NCBI RefSeq assembly: GCF_016722965.1
Contig: NZ_JAEQNB010000002.1
Location: 489,541-553,540 of the forward strand
Direction of reading: 5' to 3'
Source of the DNA: Tumebacillus amylolyticus
GTDB taxonomy: Bacteria; Bacillota; Bacilli; Tumebacillales; Tumebacillaceae
Length of the DNA stretch: 64,000 nt
Shown in pieces: positions 29,817-39,110 of the stretch (within the stretch, counting starts at the first letter, position 1; each line of letters begins with the position of its first letter). Under the pieces are notes generated by a model, which did not search any database, was not told the DNA's origin, and saw nothing but the letters and a program-made list of their open reading frames with translations. A program made the translations under genes and the position numbers.

Positions 29817-30617
29817 CTAGATCTCAATCTCGTACCGCTTCCGTCCCGTAAACCCGTGAACGTGCGTGTACCCAACCTGCTTCAACAACTCATACACCGT
29901 CGCAAAACCCTCCGCGACAAAACCCGGCTGGTGTGCATCCGATCCCACGGTCAGCGGAATCTCGTGGAATTTCATCATCTCCATCACCCGGACGCTCGGG
30001 AATTGCTCGGCACACGGATAGCGCAGGCCCGACGCATTGACTTCTACACAAACTCCCGCGTCACGCACCGCCAGCACCGTCTGCTCCAACAGTTCGTCCA
30101 CACTGCGCTCCGGCTTCACACCAAAGCGCTTGATCACATCGAGATGCCCGATGATATCAAACAACCCGCTCTGCGCGGCCAACTGCACTTGGCGGTAATA
30201 CTCCGCGTACGTCTCGTACACATCGCGCCCGTCCCAGTTCGAAAGCTCCGCACTGTTCGTATGGTCCCATTCGCCCAAGAAATGCACCGAGCCGATCACG
30301 TAATCAAACGGGTATTGGGCAAGCAACCCCCGAACCTGCTCTCCATACCCTTCCACCCAATCGCCTTCCAATCCGACCTTCACGTCGATCTGCCCGCGGT
30401 ACTTCTGCTGCAGAGCCAACGCCTCTTCGACATAACCCGGCAATTGCTCCATCAACATCGCCGACCCCTCGCGGTGCGGCACATGAATCAAGGGCTGGTG
30501 GTCACTCAAGCCGATTTCTTTGAGCCCTTTGGCAAGAGCTGCTTCAATATACTCCTCCAACGTCCCGACCGCATGGCCGCAACGCTCATGATGCGTATGA
30601 TAATCCACAAACAACAA
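29817..30617 (-). CDS. hisK: Histidinol-phosphatase, PHP family (HisJ/HisK-like)
   Basis: VDYHTHHERCGHA...DHQ...HxH PHP metal-binding motifs; probable TTG/GTG start after RBS GAGGAGGAG. Confidence 0.75.
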   Translation of the reverse strand: MLFVDYHTHHERCGHAVGTLEEYIEAALAKGLKEIGLSDHQPLIHVPHREGSAMLMEQLPGYVEEALALQQKYRGQIDVKVGLEGDWVEGYGEQVRGLLAQYPFDYVIGSVHFLGEWDHTNSAELSNWDGRDVYETYAEYYRQVQLAAQSGLFDIIGHLDVIKRFGVKPERSVDELLEQTVLAVRDAGVCVEVNASGLRYPCAEQFPSVRVMEMMKFHEIPLTVGSDAHQPGFVAEGFATVYELLKQVGYTHVHGFTGRKRYEIEI

Positions 30618-30776
30618 CCCAAACTCCTCCTCTTCACTCCAGTAGCTGAGTAAAGTATACCACAAAGAATAGACAGAAAATTTACAAGCGGACATACATA
30701 AAAAGGATCATTTACCCGTATTGTAAGGGTAGATGTCGCCGACATACATCAATCCTAAGAAAAGAGGTGGATGATC

Positions 30777-31070
30777 ATGCCGCGTCATGTTTACAACGAA
30801 AGCTACGAAGAGTCCCGTAACCGCTTTGTTACGTTGGTCACAGATCACTGTCAGTATGATTTGGTGATCAACTACACGTCTCACTTTTACGGAAAAGCGT
30901 TGATCTTGCATCTGCAAACCAAGAAGTTCGGCGTTTTTGACATTTTCGAAGTGCAAGACGTGCAACTGCTCTGCGACAAACTCGGTTTCACAAACTTGGA
31001 GGACGCGCAGATCGTCAGCGACTACCTCGAAGATGTCATGCCGACGGTCTACAAAACCCACGAAATCTAA
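30777..31070 (+). CDS. Hypothetical small protein
   Basis: RBS AGAGGTGG 7 nt before ATG (MPRHVYNES...). Confidence 0.4.
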   Translation: MPRHVYNESYEESRNRFVTLVTDHCQYDLVINYTSHFYGKALILHLQTKKFGVFDIFEVQDVQLLCDKLGFTNLEDAQIVSDYLEDVMPTVYKTHEI

Positions 31071-31147
31071 CCGCTTCCAACGCTGTGATAGGAAAACCCT
31101 TCCCGCAATCGGGAAGGGTTTTTTGTCGGGAGATACGGCACGACCTT

Positions 31148-31519
31148 CTACAGGCTCAACTTTTCAATCGCCTGTTGTTCAGTCGGCAGGAAAAACACAT
31201 CGTTTCCGCTGTTGCATTCGTAGATGAAGTCCTGAAGGCTCCGGCTTGCGTACACCGAGAAGTCCCCCACAATGGCAACCTTCACGCGATAATTGACGAA
31301 CTTCTGCAAGATGTCGCCCGCAAGGCGTGTTTTCAAATCGAAAAAGTTTTCATGGAGCAGGGATTTGTGCAGCACGAGCCGGTCGCTGCCGGCTTCATAT
31401 TGCACGGTTGCCATCAGATCCAAGGCAGACTGCACGTCCCCGAGTACGACCTCGCCGCCGCTCACGACGGCAATCGTTCCTACAGCGGTTTCAACCTTCG
31501 TAATCTTCATACTTTCCAT
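31148..31519 (-). CDS. Hypothetical protein (DUF4180-like)
   Basis: 123-aa ORF with GC-rich codon usage; last backbone gene before AT-rich island 2. Confidence 0.5.
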   Translation of the reverse strand: MESMKITKVETAVGTIAVVSGGEVVLGDVQSALDLMATVQYEAGSDRLVLHKSLLHENFFDLKTRLAGDILQKFVNYRVKVAIVGDFSVYASRSLQDFIYECNSGNDVFFLPTEQQAIEKLSL

Positions 31520-31543
31520 AGCGCGGTTGTCCCCCTTTTCCTC

Positions 31544-32458
31544 TTACATTTCTATTGGACTTCCACATTGCCCGCAAAATTTAGAATGAGCAGGTACTTC
31601 CACATTACATGTAGGACAAAAACTCCTCTCCTTGCTTGTAGAGCCACTACCCAGAGTTTCCTGACCAAAAGAAAATCTAGAACTAGCCCTGTTCTCCAAG
31701 ATGTCTAAAGATCTCTGACGATAATAATCTTCACCCAATGTCGCGAGGACTCTCTTCTTACTAAGAGCATCCTTGAAGAGCTGTACCTCATCATCAGGAA
31801 AATTAATGGACTCCACATAGAAAGTCACAACTTCTATGCCATATCGAGAAAAAGCAGCGTTGATCTCAAATCGGCATTCATCAGAAATTTCACCTAACAG
31901 ATGATGAATATCCAAAAGAGAAATTCCTTTCCTGATTATACATTTTGAAATGACCTCTTTTACTTTTACGTTGATCAAACCAGTAAATAAACTCGTTACA
32001 GTATTGTAGTCCGATACATGCCCTCCGCTCACTGCTCCAATAATACTTGTGACAAATACTCGTGAATTAGAAACCGTTATACCATATTGTCCGAACGCTC
32101 GAACTGTCAGCATCATGTTGTATTTTGGGTCCATGATTTGAAACGGTACAGATGTGCCCCATTTCATGTCTAAGTGAGATGTTTTGTTTATGAAATATAC
32201 TTCAGCTGCAAAAAGCGTCCTTCTACCAAAAGGAATCTTCATCAAACTTTTGAATAGAGGTGCATTACTCTTAGGTAACGTATATGTCCCCGCCAGGAAG
32301 AGATGCGGAGCTTCTCCTCCTTCGAAAAAGAGCGCTTCTTGACTCTGAGTGACAACCAATTGTCCGCCCAGTACGAGATCTTCCGATCGGCATTTGTGAA
32401 CCAGCCATGGTTGTCCGTTTTCAGGTCCATCGTATTTGAGTCGATCTATTGATGTCAT
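31544..32458 (-). CDS. SPFH/band-7 (stomatin/prohibitin-like) domain protein with C-terminal zinc ribbon
   Basis: Resembles the COG4260 family; C-terminal CPTCNVEVPAHSKFCGQCGSP zinc-ribbon; AT-rich codon usage. Confidence 0.65.
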   Translation of the reverse strand: MTSIDRLKYDGPENGQPWLVHKCRSEDLVLGGQLVVTQSQEALFFEGGEAPHLFLAGTYTLPKSNAPLFKSLMKIPFGRRTLFAAEVYFINKTSHLDMKWGTSVPFQIMDPKYNMMLTVRAFGQYGITVSNSRVFVTSIIGAVSGGHVSDYNTVTSLFTGLINVKVKEVISKCIIRKGISLLDIHHLLGEISDECRFEINAAFSRYGIEVVTFYVESINFPDDEVQLFKDALSKKRVLATLGEDYYRQRSLDILENRASSRFSFGQETLGSGSTSKERSFCPTCNVEVPAHSKFCGQCGSPIEM

Positions 32459-32584
32459 ACATGTTGCAGAGAAATGATGAACGACAGACCCGTTCTTCCT
32501 CTGCTCTTTCCCCCTCTCTCAGTTTAAGTCAAGAATTAGGTTTAGGACCCCCGAATCACGAAAGTCCTAAGAAAATATCACGAA

Positions 32585-33601
32585 TTACTTTTCTTTATTA
32601 ACAGTTTTTTTCTCACGTAACATCTTACGCAATGCTTTTAAAGCATTGTCCAGTTGATCCTCATACTCCTTCGGATGCTGTTCCTTCTTCGAATTATTTG
32701 AAACATAGAGACTGAATGCAGTACCCCCACTCGTCACCATGTTCAAGGTTCTTACCCAGGTATTCTCTCTATTAAAAATACTGATAAAAAACATGGTAGC
32801 AGCTACGACCATCTTCAGTGGATTTATGGTAAAGTTCTTCCCACCAACGCCAGTTCTCCATTCCGTCCGCTCTGTTTCAAGTGAAACGATTTCTTGATAG
32901 AAGTACTCCTCTGTTTTTTCTAAGATTATTTCATCACGTACTAAATCGAGTACTTTGTAATAGACCAAGAGAAGATCCTCTGAAAAGTATACGGTAGTAA
33001 AGCCTAGCATCGAGAAACGTGCCTTTTTATCAGAACCATATCTTACATACGTTATCGCATTCTTTGAGATTCCTATTCCTTTGACCGAGAGATTGTCCGC
33101 GACCAGTTCATCCTGATCAAAGTGCAGGGTCTCCAAGCCTTCTTGTTCATGTGAATTCATTCTTTGACTGACCCATGCGTCGATCTGCGAATCTTTTGGC
33201 ATTGTCATCCGTGTGTACGCCAGAAAAGAAATTCCCAAAATAAGTGAAATCATAAAAGAATTCTCTGCCGGAAAAATGATGCTAAGCATCAACAACAAAA
33301 GAGTGATCGACAAGTTCTTACGAAACAAGAAATAGCGACCGATCCTCCTCATCTGGACCTGCTGCTCCAAGGATTTCCCCTGACGCTCTAAGTGGAAAGA
33401 ACGGACAAGACGCATTGCTCCCCAAACCGATAAGTAGATCAAGATCCCGACCAACAACACCCCCTGGTCTAGTTGGAACCAAGGTGAAAAGTGCTTCGAC
33501 GGAAAAACAAACATCATCATGGTCGCCATACAAAAGAGAATCGGCAAAGCACCGATTCTAGAAAAAATAGGAACATCGAGTAGAAGCTGTTGGTTTTTCA
33601 T
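32585..33601 (-). CDS. Polytopic membrane protein, hypothetical
   Basis: At least four hydrophobic helices in the N-terminal half, soluble C-terminal half; no recognised family. Confidence 0.55.
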   Translation of the reverse strand: MKNQQLLLDVPIFSRIGALPILFCMATMMMFVFPSKHFSPWFQLDQGVLLVGILIYLSVWGAMRLVRSFHLERQGKSLEQQVQMRRIGRYFLFRKNLSITLLLLMLSIIFPAENSFMISLILGISFLAYTRMTMPKDSQIDAWVSQRMNSHEQEGLETLHFDQDELVADNLSVKGIGISKNAITYVRYGSDKKARFSMLGFTTVYFSEDLLLVYYKVLDLVRDEIILEKTEEYFYQEIVSLETERTEWRTGVGGKNFTINPLKMVVAATMFFISIFNRENTWVRTLNMVTSGGTAFSLYVSNNSKKEQHPKEYEDQLDNALKALRKMLREKKTVNKEK

Positions 33602-33651
33602 GAAATTTTTCTCCTGTCATTTGAATATTCGCACCGTTTTTTCGGTAGTTG

Positions 33652-34263
33652 TTAGGCAAACACAACTTTTAGTAACGCTGGGTCCTCTATGGTCAAATGA
33701 TCTAGTAAACTTTTGAGTTCAGAGTGATCTTTCTTACATGCATGTCCCTCTGCGAATAATTCATCATAATGCGGACTCGTCACACGTAGCCCATTTTTGT
33801 AGTAATACTCATACTTCAAAATCGCCCAAAGGTAGTAGAACTTGGCAGTTGGGGTTATTCTGATCGCAATTTCCAGAAACCGTTCAATCTGCTTTGCTTC
33901 TCGTAAATTCAGATTTTTCGGCTTACGTTTCTTTATGATGCTAAGGGACACATAATAGTAAGCCTCACTGCGATCCGGTTCGACTTCAATGACCTTTAGA
34001 AAATGGTTGCGTGCCATGTCATAGAGACCGAGATTCAAATGGCAAAGCCCAATGGACATATTGAGTTCAGGAACATCAGGGAATGTGGTATGAATTGATT
34101 TGTAATGCTGTAAGTATTTCTTCACGGAAGACTGATCAAAATGGTCAAGATAGGATAATGTCTGTACCTTCAAAGCCACTTGACAATACTCACATTGTTG
34201 TCTTTGTTGCCTTACAGGTGCTCCACATTGAGGACATTCTACTATTTTTAAGGTTACATTCAA
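33652..34263 (-). CDS. Hypothetical protein with N-terminal zinc ribbon and TPR-like helical domain
   Basis: CPQCGAPV...CEYCQ Cys4 ribbon at N-terminus; TPR-like repeats. Confidence 0.55.
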   Translation of the reverse strand: MNVTLKIVECPQCGAPVRQQRQQCEYCQVALKVQTLSYLDHFDQSSVKKYLQHYKSIHTTFPDVPELNMSIGLCHLNLGLYDMARNHFLKVIEVEPDRSEAYYYVSLSIIKKRKPKNLNLREAKQIERFLEIAIRITPTAKFYYLWAILKYEYYYKNGLRVTSPHYDELFAEGHACKKDHSELKSLLDHLTIEDPALLKVVFA

Positions 34264-34307
34264 ATTGACACTCTCCTAGAGGATCAGATACTAGTAACGA
34301 TTAGCTT

Positions 34308-35213
34308 CTATACTTCATATCCCGCTGCTAGGAACTCCTTTCTTAAATCAACTTCCCAGCCACGATCCTTCATGAAGATGTAGGTAATTCCGTCAATATC
34401 TGAAGGCCGCTCAACTTCTTCCGTCAATAACACCGCAACGTTTGAGCGTCCGAGCTTTGCCAAGAAATAACCTAACTCAAGAATTACATTTTGCCGTGCC
34501 CGTTTCTTTAGAACCAACGTCCCTTCTTTTTCAAAGTCACCTTGAAGAGCACCGATATCATCTGGAGTAACTACTACGACAGCGAACCCGACATCTGAAT
34601 TCGCTTCAATCTTTTCAAAAATTGTTTTACTTTGATTTGCCTGCTCATGAAGGATGACAGGTATTAAACCATGATCATGCAGATATTTAGCAACACGATA
34701 TTTAGGCAACTCATCTCGCCCATGTACAATGAAAACTTTGCTGTTTTTTATTTTCTTTACCTCTGGCGTAATCATTTCGTTTTGTCGACGGTCGGGCAAT
34801 CTATCAGGTTTCCTGATTCCCTGAACTTGTTGCTCATCACCAGTTTTAAACAGCCTTGAGTACGCCTTTGGCGCATTTGAAAATGTCCAATCTTCAAAGT
34901 CGATCTGCTCTGCGATACAGACCAAATTATCAAAATTATTTTGCCCGATCCTCTCAAGGACCTCCAAAATATTCATAAGATAGTCGCGGTCCCCCCATTG
35001 CAGGCTACGAAGTAATCTTGGGTGATGCAAAATGGTTTCAATCTCGTCAATCTCATATGCAAGTTTCGTCCAGTCAGATTCGAGATACTTTCCCTCGAGT
35101 ACTGAAGCCAAAGTAGATATGAAAAACTTCTTATTTTCATCCCTAACAATCATTTGTTTCACGCCTCCACCAAACATTGTAAACTTATCTATAATTTTAT
35201 CACTTACAGACAA
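34308..35213 (-). CDS. Two-domain protein: unknown N-terminal domain + C-terminal TIR-like nucleotide-binding domain
   Basis: C-terminal KVFIVHGRDELPKYRVAKYL...VILHEQ...GFAVVVVTPDDIG...KRARQNVILELGYFLAKLGRSNVAVL matches my recollection of the bacterial TIR-like nucleotide-binding family (COG4271-like); not verified. Confidence 0.5.
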   Translation of the reverse strand: MSVSDKIIDKFTMFGGGVKQMIVRDENKKFFISTLASVLEGKYLESDWTKLAYEIDEIETILHHPRLLRSLQWGDRDYLMNILEVLERIGQNNFDNLVCIAEQIDFEDWTFSNAPKAYSRLFKTGDEQQVQGIRKPDRLPDRRQNEMITPEVKKIKNSKVFIVHGRDELPKYRVAKYLHDHGLIPVILHEQANQSKTIFEKIEANSDVGFAVVVVTPDDIGALQGDFEKEGTLVLKKRARQNVILELGYFLAKLGRSNVAVLLTEEVERPSDIDGITYIFMKDRGWEVDLRKEFLAAGYEV

Positions 35214-35295
35214 ATACGCACAGAGAGTTTGAGAGTATTTTTTTAATTATCACTCGCGAACATGTTCTTACTAAACAGTTATAGCAACTCAGCAA

Positions 35296-35332
35296 ATAGA
35301 AAAAAAGCCACCCGCTACCACGGGTGGCTTTG
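35296..35332 (-). terminator. Rho-independent terminator downstream of mqo
   Basis: AGCCACCCG-CTACCA-CGGGTGGCT stem followed by T-run on minus strand. Confidence 0.6.
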
Positions 35333-35386
35333 CATGCACTATATAAAGTACGAATCACGAATAACTGCCCTCACCTAATGAGAGAA

Positions 35387-36886
35387 TTAATTATAGGCAA
35401 GTTCTTTTACATTCAGACCCAGCGTCTGCGCGGTTGACGAGTGAATTTCTTCGAAGAATTCCGGGTTCTCCGCGAGTGACACGCCATACGAAGGAATCAT
35501 TTCTTTGATTTTCTGTTCCCATTCCATCATGTATTCCGGGAAGCATTTCTCCAATACTTCAAGCATAACGTGAACGGCGGTGGAAGCTCCCGGTGAAGCG
35601 CCGAGCAAAGCTGCAATCGAGCCGTCAGCCGCACTCACCACTTCCGTACCAAATTGCAGAGTCCCTTTGCCGGCTTCCGTGTCTTTGATAACTTGCACGC
35701 GTTGGCCCGCTGCTACGATCTTCCAATCCTTGCTTTGCGCGTTCGGAATAAACTCGCGCAATTCTTCCATGCGCTTTTCATTCGAAAGCAACACTTGCTG
35801 GATCAGGTATTTTGTCAATGCCATCTCTTTGACGCCGGCCGCCAACATCGTGATGACATTGTTCGGTTTTACGGAAGAAATCAAATCAAAATTCGAACCC
35901 GTCTTCAGGAACTTCGGAGAGAAGCCCGCAAACGGTCCAAACAGCAATGTTTTTTTGTTGTCGATATATCGGGTATCGAGATGCGGAACAGACATCGGCG
36001 GAGCGCCGACTTTCGCTTTTCCGTATACTTTTGCATGGTGCTGCTCGACAACTTCCGGGTTGTTGCATACCATGAAGAGTCCGCTTACCGGGAATCCTCC
36101 GATATGTTTCGACTCGGGAATGCCGGTTTTTTGCAGCAAAGGCAGACTTCCGCCGCCGCCGCCGATAAAGACGAATTTGGCGGTATGGTACGTGGTTTTC
36201 CCGAGTTCGAGATCATGCACTTTCACTTCCCACAAGCCGTCGCCGGTGCGTTTGATATCCTCAACGCTGTGCTTGTAGTTGATCTCGACGTCTCTGCTTT
36301 TCAGGTGTTCAAACAACATGCGTGTCAAAGCACCAAAGTTGACGTCCGTTCCGGAGTCGATTTTGGTGGCTGCGATCGGTTCATTCGAGGTACGGCCTTC
36401 CATGATCAGCGGAATCCATTCCATCAATTTATCGGGATCATCAGAATATTCCATCCCTTGAAACAGGGGATTGTCGGTGAGCGCTTCAAAACGTTTTTTC
36501 AGAAACGCTACATTTTTTTCCCCTTGAACGAAACTCATATGAGGAATCGGCATGATAAAGTCCTGCGGATTCCGAATCAGGTTGGAGTTGACAAGATAAG
36601 ACCAGAACTGTCTGGAGAGCTGGAACTGTTCGTTGATTTTGATCGCTTTGCTGATATCTATAGATCCGTCAGATTTTTCGGATGTATAGTTAAGCTCGCA
36701 CAGTGCAGCATGGCCCGTCCCCGCGTTGTTCCATTCGTTCGAGCTTTCTTCGCCTGCACTTGCAAGTTTCTCAAACACTTTGACTTCCCATTCCGGTGCT
36801 AACTCTTTCAGTAATGCTCCCAAAGTCGCGCTCATGGCTCCGGCACCAATTAAGATAACGTCTGTTTTGTTCTGTATCTTGCTCAT
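35387..36886 (-). CDS. mqo: Malate:quinone oxidoreductase
   Basis: [20 protein letters not shown] motif and MQO-family N-terminus; start at MSKIQNKTD with RBS AAAGGAGAAG; antisense ORF 35654..36802 is rejected. Confidence 0.85.
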   Translation of the reverse strand: MSKIQNKTDVILIGAGAMSATLGALLKELAPEWEVKVFEKLASAGEESSNEWNNAGTGHAALCELNYTSEKSDGSIDISKAIKINEQFQLSRQFWSYLVNSNLIRNPQDFIMPIPHMSFVQGEKNVAFLKKRFEALTDNPLFQGMEYSDDPDKLMEWIPLIMEGRTSNEPIAATKIDSGTDVNFGALTRMLFEHLKSRDVEINYKHSVEDIKRTGDGLWEVKVHDLELGKTTYHTAKFVFIGGGGGSLPLLQKTGIPESKHIGGFPVSGLFMVCNNPEVVEQHHAKVYGKAKVGAPPMSVPHLDTRYIDNKKTLLFGPFAGFSPKFLKTGSNFDLISSVKPNNVITMLAAGVKEMALTKYLIQQVLLSNEKRMEELREFIPNAQSKDWKIVAAGQRVQVIKDTEAGKGTLQFGTEVVSAADGSIAALLGASPGASTAVHVMLEVLEKCFPEYMMEWEQKIKEMIPSYGVSLAENPEFFEEIHSSTAQTLGLNVKELAYN

Positions 36887-37029
36887 TGTAACTTCTCCTT
36901 TTCTCCTATTTTTGTAAAAAAAGAATAGGCACTCCTGCTTAAGGTAGTACAAAAAGCCAGTCGCCACCTAGGGACACACCTTATGTGCCTCAATTATACC
37001 ATAACGAAGCCTATTATAATAATTTTCAT

Positions 37030-37080
37030 GTTATAATATATATTACCATTCATTAATAATAAATTCTTAAGAATGAATGA
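37030..37080. promoter_or_regulatory. AT-rich mqo upstream region with perfect 8-bp inverted repeat CATTCATT-N17-AATGAATG (candidate operator)
   Basis: Inverted repeat at ~37047-37079 with adjacent TATAAT-like hexamers. Confidence 0.35.
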
Positions 37081-37182
37081 AAACTAGGAGTCTATCTGCG
37101 CTGTGCAGACTTACCTATCGTACTCTCTTAGACGAATGAGTACAATACCTCCGACGACCCAAAATCAAGAAGTATCCTATGA

Positions 37183-37226
37183 AAAAAGACCTCTGGCGAC
37201 GTTCGTCGTAAGAGGTCCTTTTTTTC
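37183..37226. terminator. Bidirectional rho-independent terminator downstream of merR-SRPBCC operon
   Basis: A6-GACCTCT...AGAGGTC-T7. Confidence 0.6.
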
Positions 37227-37253
37227 GTGAATGGCTTGTACGACCTTGAGCCC

Positions 37254-37685
37254 TTAGAGGGACTTGCCCAATGCCTCAAGCAACGAGATCGTGCCTTCCT
37301 CACGTGCTTCCGGTGTGTCATGCCCGTCGAAGAACACACCCTGTTCCGTGAAGACCAACTTCGTGCCCTCCTCAGATGGAAGAAACTCAACCGTTGCGGT
37401 CGAGACGGACATCCGTGTCTCTCCCATATCCAAGGTGTAGGTATACACGATGCGCTGTTCAGGCACGATCTCCTGATAACAAGCATCAAAAGTAAAAACA
37501 GGTCCTTGCGGCGGCCCACCCACGCTGTATTCGCGACCGCCGACTCGGAATTCGAAACATTCCGGCTTTGAAAACCATTTCGCTTTGGCAATCGGGTCGG
37601 CCCAAGCGTTATACACTCGTCCAGCAGAGGCGGAATACGTCCGCTCGACGACGAAAGTAGCGTGTTTGACAGATCGTTCGGTCAT
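37254..37685 (-). CDS. SRPBCC-superfamily protein (AHSA1/polyketide-cyclase-like)
   Basis: 143 aa, VERTYSASAGRVYNAWADPIAKAKWF typical AHSA1-like N-terminus; overlaps merR stop by 4 nt. Confidence 0.7.
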   Translation of the reverse strand: MTERSVKHATFVVERTYSASAGRVYNAWADPIAKAKWFSKPECFEFRVGGREYSVGGPPQGPVFTFDACYQEIVPEQRIVYTYTLDMGETRMSVSTATVEFLPSEEGTKLVFTEQGVFFDGHDTPEAREEGTISLLEALGKSL

Positions 37686-38188
37686 CGTTGATCATCCCTC
37701 GTTTTCGTGATTTCGTTTTCCTCGTCCAAAAAATCCCCCAGCAAGTCCAACCGATGTTCCCAACTCACCCGTCGCTCGACGACCAGCTTCTCATGCCCGA
37801 TTTTCATCGCTTGCAAGAGGCTGGTGAAGTCCTCTATGGCGAGCGGAGTCTTCCCCTGCATCAAATCGGAGACATGTCCAAGTTGCGCGAGGAGCTTTTT
37901 TTGCAATTGAATCTGCTCCTTGATTCGGTCCATTTGCAGCGTCACAATCTCAAGCGGGCTGTACAACTTGCCGGCCAATACGGACTTGACCTCGTCAAGT
38001 GATAAGCCAAGTTCCTTGAGAGACAGAACTTGTTGCAGACGCGACAGATCCGATTCACTGTACAACCTGTGACCTGATTCCGTCTGCCCCGATGGCGAGA
38101 ACAATCCAATTTGATTGTAAAATCGCAAGGTTCGCACGGTAACTCCCGACAACTTGGCGAGTTCCCCGACCTTCCAGAATCGTTTCAT
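37682..38188 (-). CDS. MerR-family transcriptional regulator
   Basis: MKRFWKVGELAKLSGVTVRTLRFYNQIGL MerR HTH; start moved from 38242; RBS GAAGGGTTG. Confidence 0.8.
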   Translation of the reverse strand: MKRFWKVGELAKLSGVTVRTLRFYNQIGLFSPSGQTESGHRLYSESDLSRLQQVLSLKELGLSLDEVKSVLAGKLYSPLEIVTLQMDRIKEQIQLQKKLLAQLGHVSDLMQGKTPLAIEDFTSLLQAMKIGHEKLVVERRVSWEHRLDLLGDFLDEENEITKTRDDQR

Positions 38189-38330
38189 GTTCAACCCCTT
38201 CGTTTGCGCTAGCTGTTTGCCGGTACTCCTACTATAAAACATGACGTAACGTTAGGTTCAAGTATCAAAAGTAAAAAGAGATCACGATCGTATTTATTCG
38301 AGAACTCTGAGAATTTCGCACAGTTTGGCT

Positions 38331-38948
38331 TTATATATATCGTTTCGTAATCGCATAGACTGCCAGCTGGGTTCGGTCCTGCAAATCGTTTTTTTTCAGG
38401 ATTCCTGTGATGATATTCTTGATCCGGCCTTCGCTCAAATTTAATATACCGGCGATTTCCTTATTGCTTTTGCCTTGTGCGATATATCGGATCAGCTCGA
38501 TTTCCCGTCTCGTCTGGTTTATTGGATTCCTATTTTCAATATAGATATCCAAACCCTCAAGTACATCATGGTGGTACACCCTCATATTGCCGGCCACACA
38601 TTTGACAGCAAGGACAAGCTCCGATCCTTTTATATCCTTAAATAAGTATCCGTCTGCGCCGGATTTTAGTGCAGAGGCAACATACTCCTTGTCCGTCTGA
38701 TGCGTAAGGATGACTACTTTGATGGTACTGAATTTTCTTTTAATAATCCTCGTCGCTTCAATTCCGTCACATTCGGGCATCGCGACATCCATGAGCACAA
38801 CGTCAGGGGCCAGAGTGCCACAGGACTCCACAGCCTGAAGCCCATTTTCAGCACTGCCGACAACCCGTAATTCACTGTCTTTTTCAATCAGATGTAGTAA
38901 GCTTTCTCTCAAAATTCTTGTACTATCAACAATCAATACGTTTATCAT
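38331..38948 (-). CDS. LuxR/NarL-family response regulator (REC + HTH), orphan
   Basis: REC domain with phospho-Asp in VVLMDVAMP, C-terminal LuxR HTH (REIELIRYIAQGKSNKEIAGILNLSEGRIKN); AT-rich codon usage; no cognate kinase adjacent. Confidence 0.8.
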   Translation of the reverse strand: MINVLIVDSTRILRESLLHLIEKDSELRVVGSAENGLQAVESCGTLAPDVVLMDVAMPECDGIEATRIIKRKFSTIKVVILTHQTDKEYVASALKSGADGYLFKDIKGSELVLAVKCVAGNMRVYHHDVLEGLDIYIENRNPINQTRREIELIRYIAQGKSNKEIAGILNLSEGRIKNIITGILKKNDLQDRTQLAVYAITKRYI

Positions 38949-38978
38949 GACGTTCACACACCTCCTTACCTCGCGTGC

Positions 38979-39035
38979 TAGAAGTCACGAAAACGTGCTG
39001 AAGTCACAAAAAATGAGGTAAAGTCGTGACGTTCG
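38979..39035. promoter_or_regulatory. Three direct repeats GAAGTCAC(R)AAAA / AAAGTCGTGAC in the divergent promoter region between the LuxR-type regulator and the LTD-nuclease gene
   Basis: gaagtcacgaaaa (38981), gaagtcacaaaaa (39000), aaagtcgtgacg (39020): candidate response-regulator binding sites. Confidence 0.45.
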
Positions 39036-39110
39036 CGTGACCCTCGTTATATTCAAATCGGTTTTTACTAACGATACAATATTCATAAGATTCAATGGGA
39101 GGTTATAGCG

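Noticed and set aside
37115-37591. 158-aa minus-strand ORF overlapping the SRPBCC gene in another frame
   Set aside because: Alternative frame of the same strand. The translation is Arg/Ser-rich with no RBS, and it overlaps a gene with clear AHSA1-like homology.
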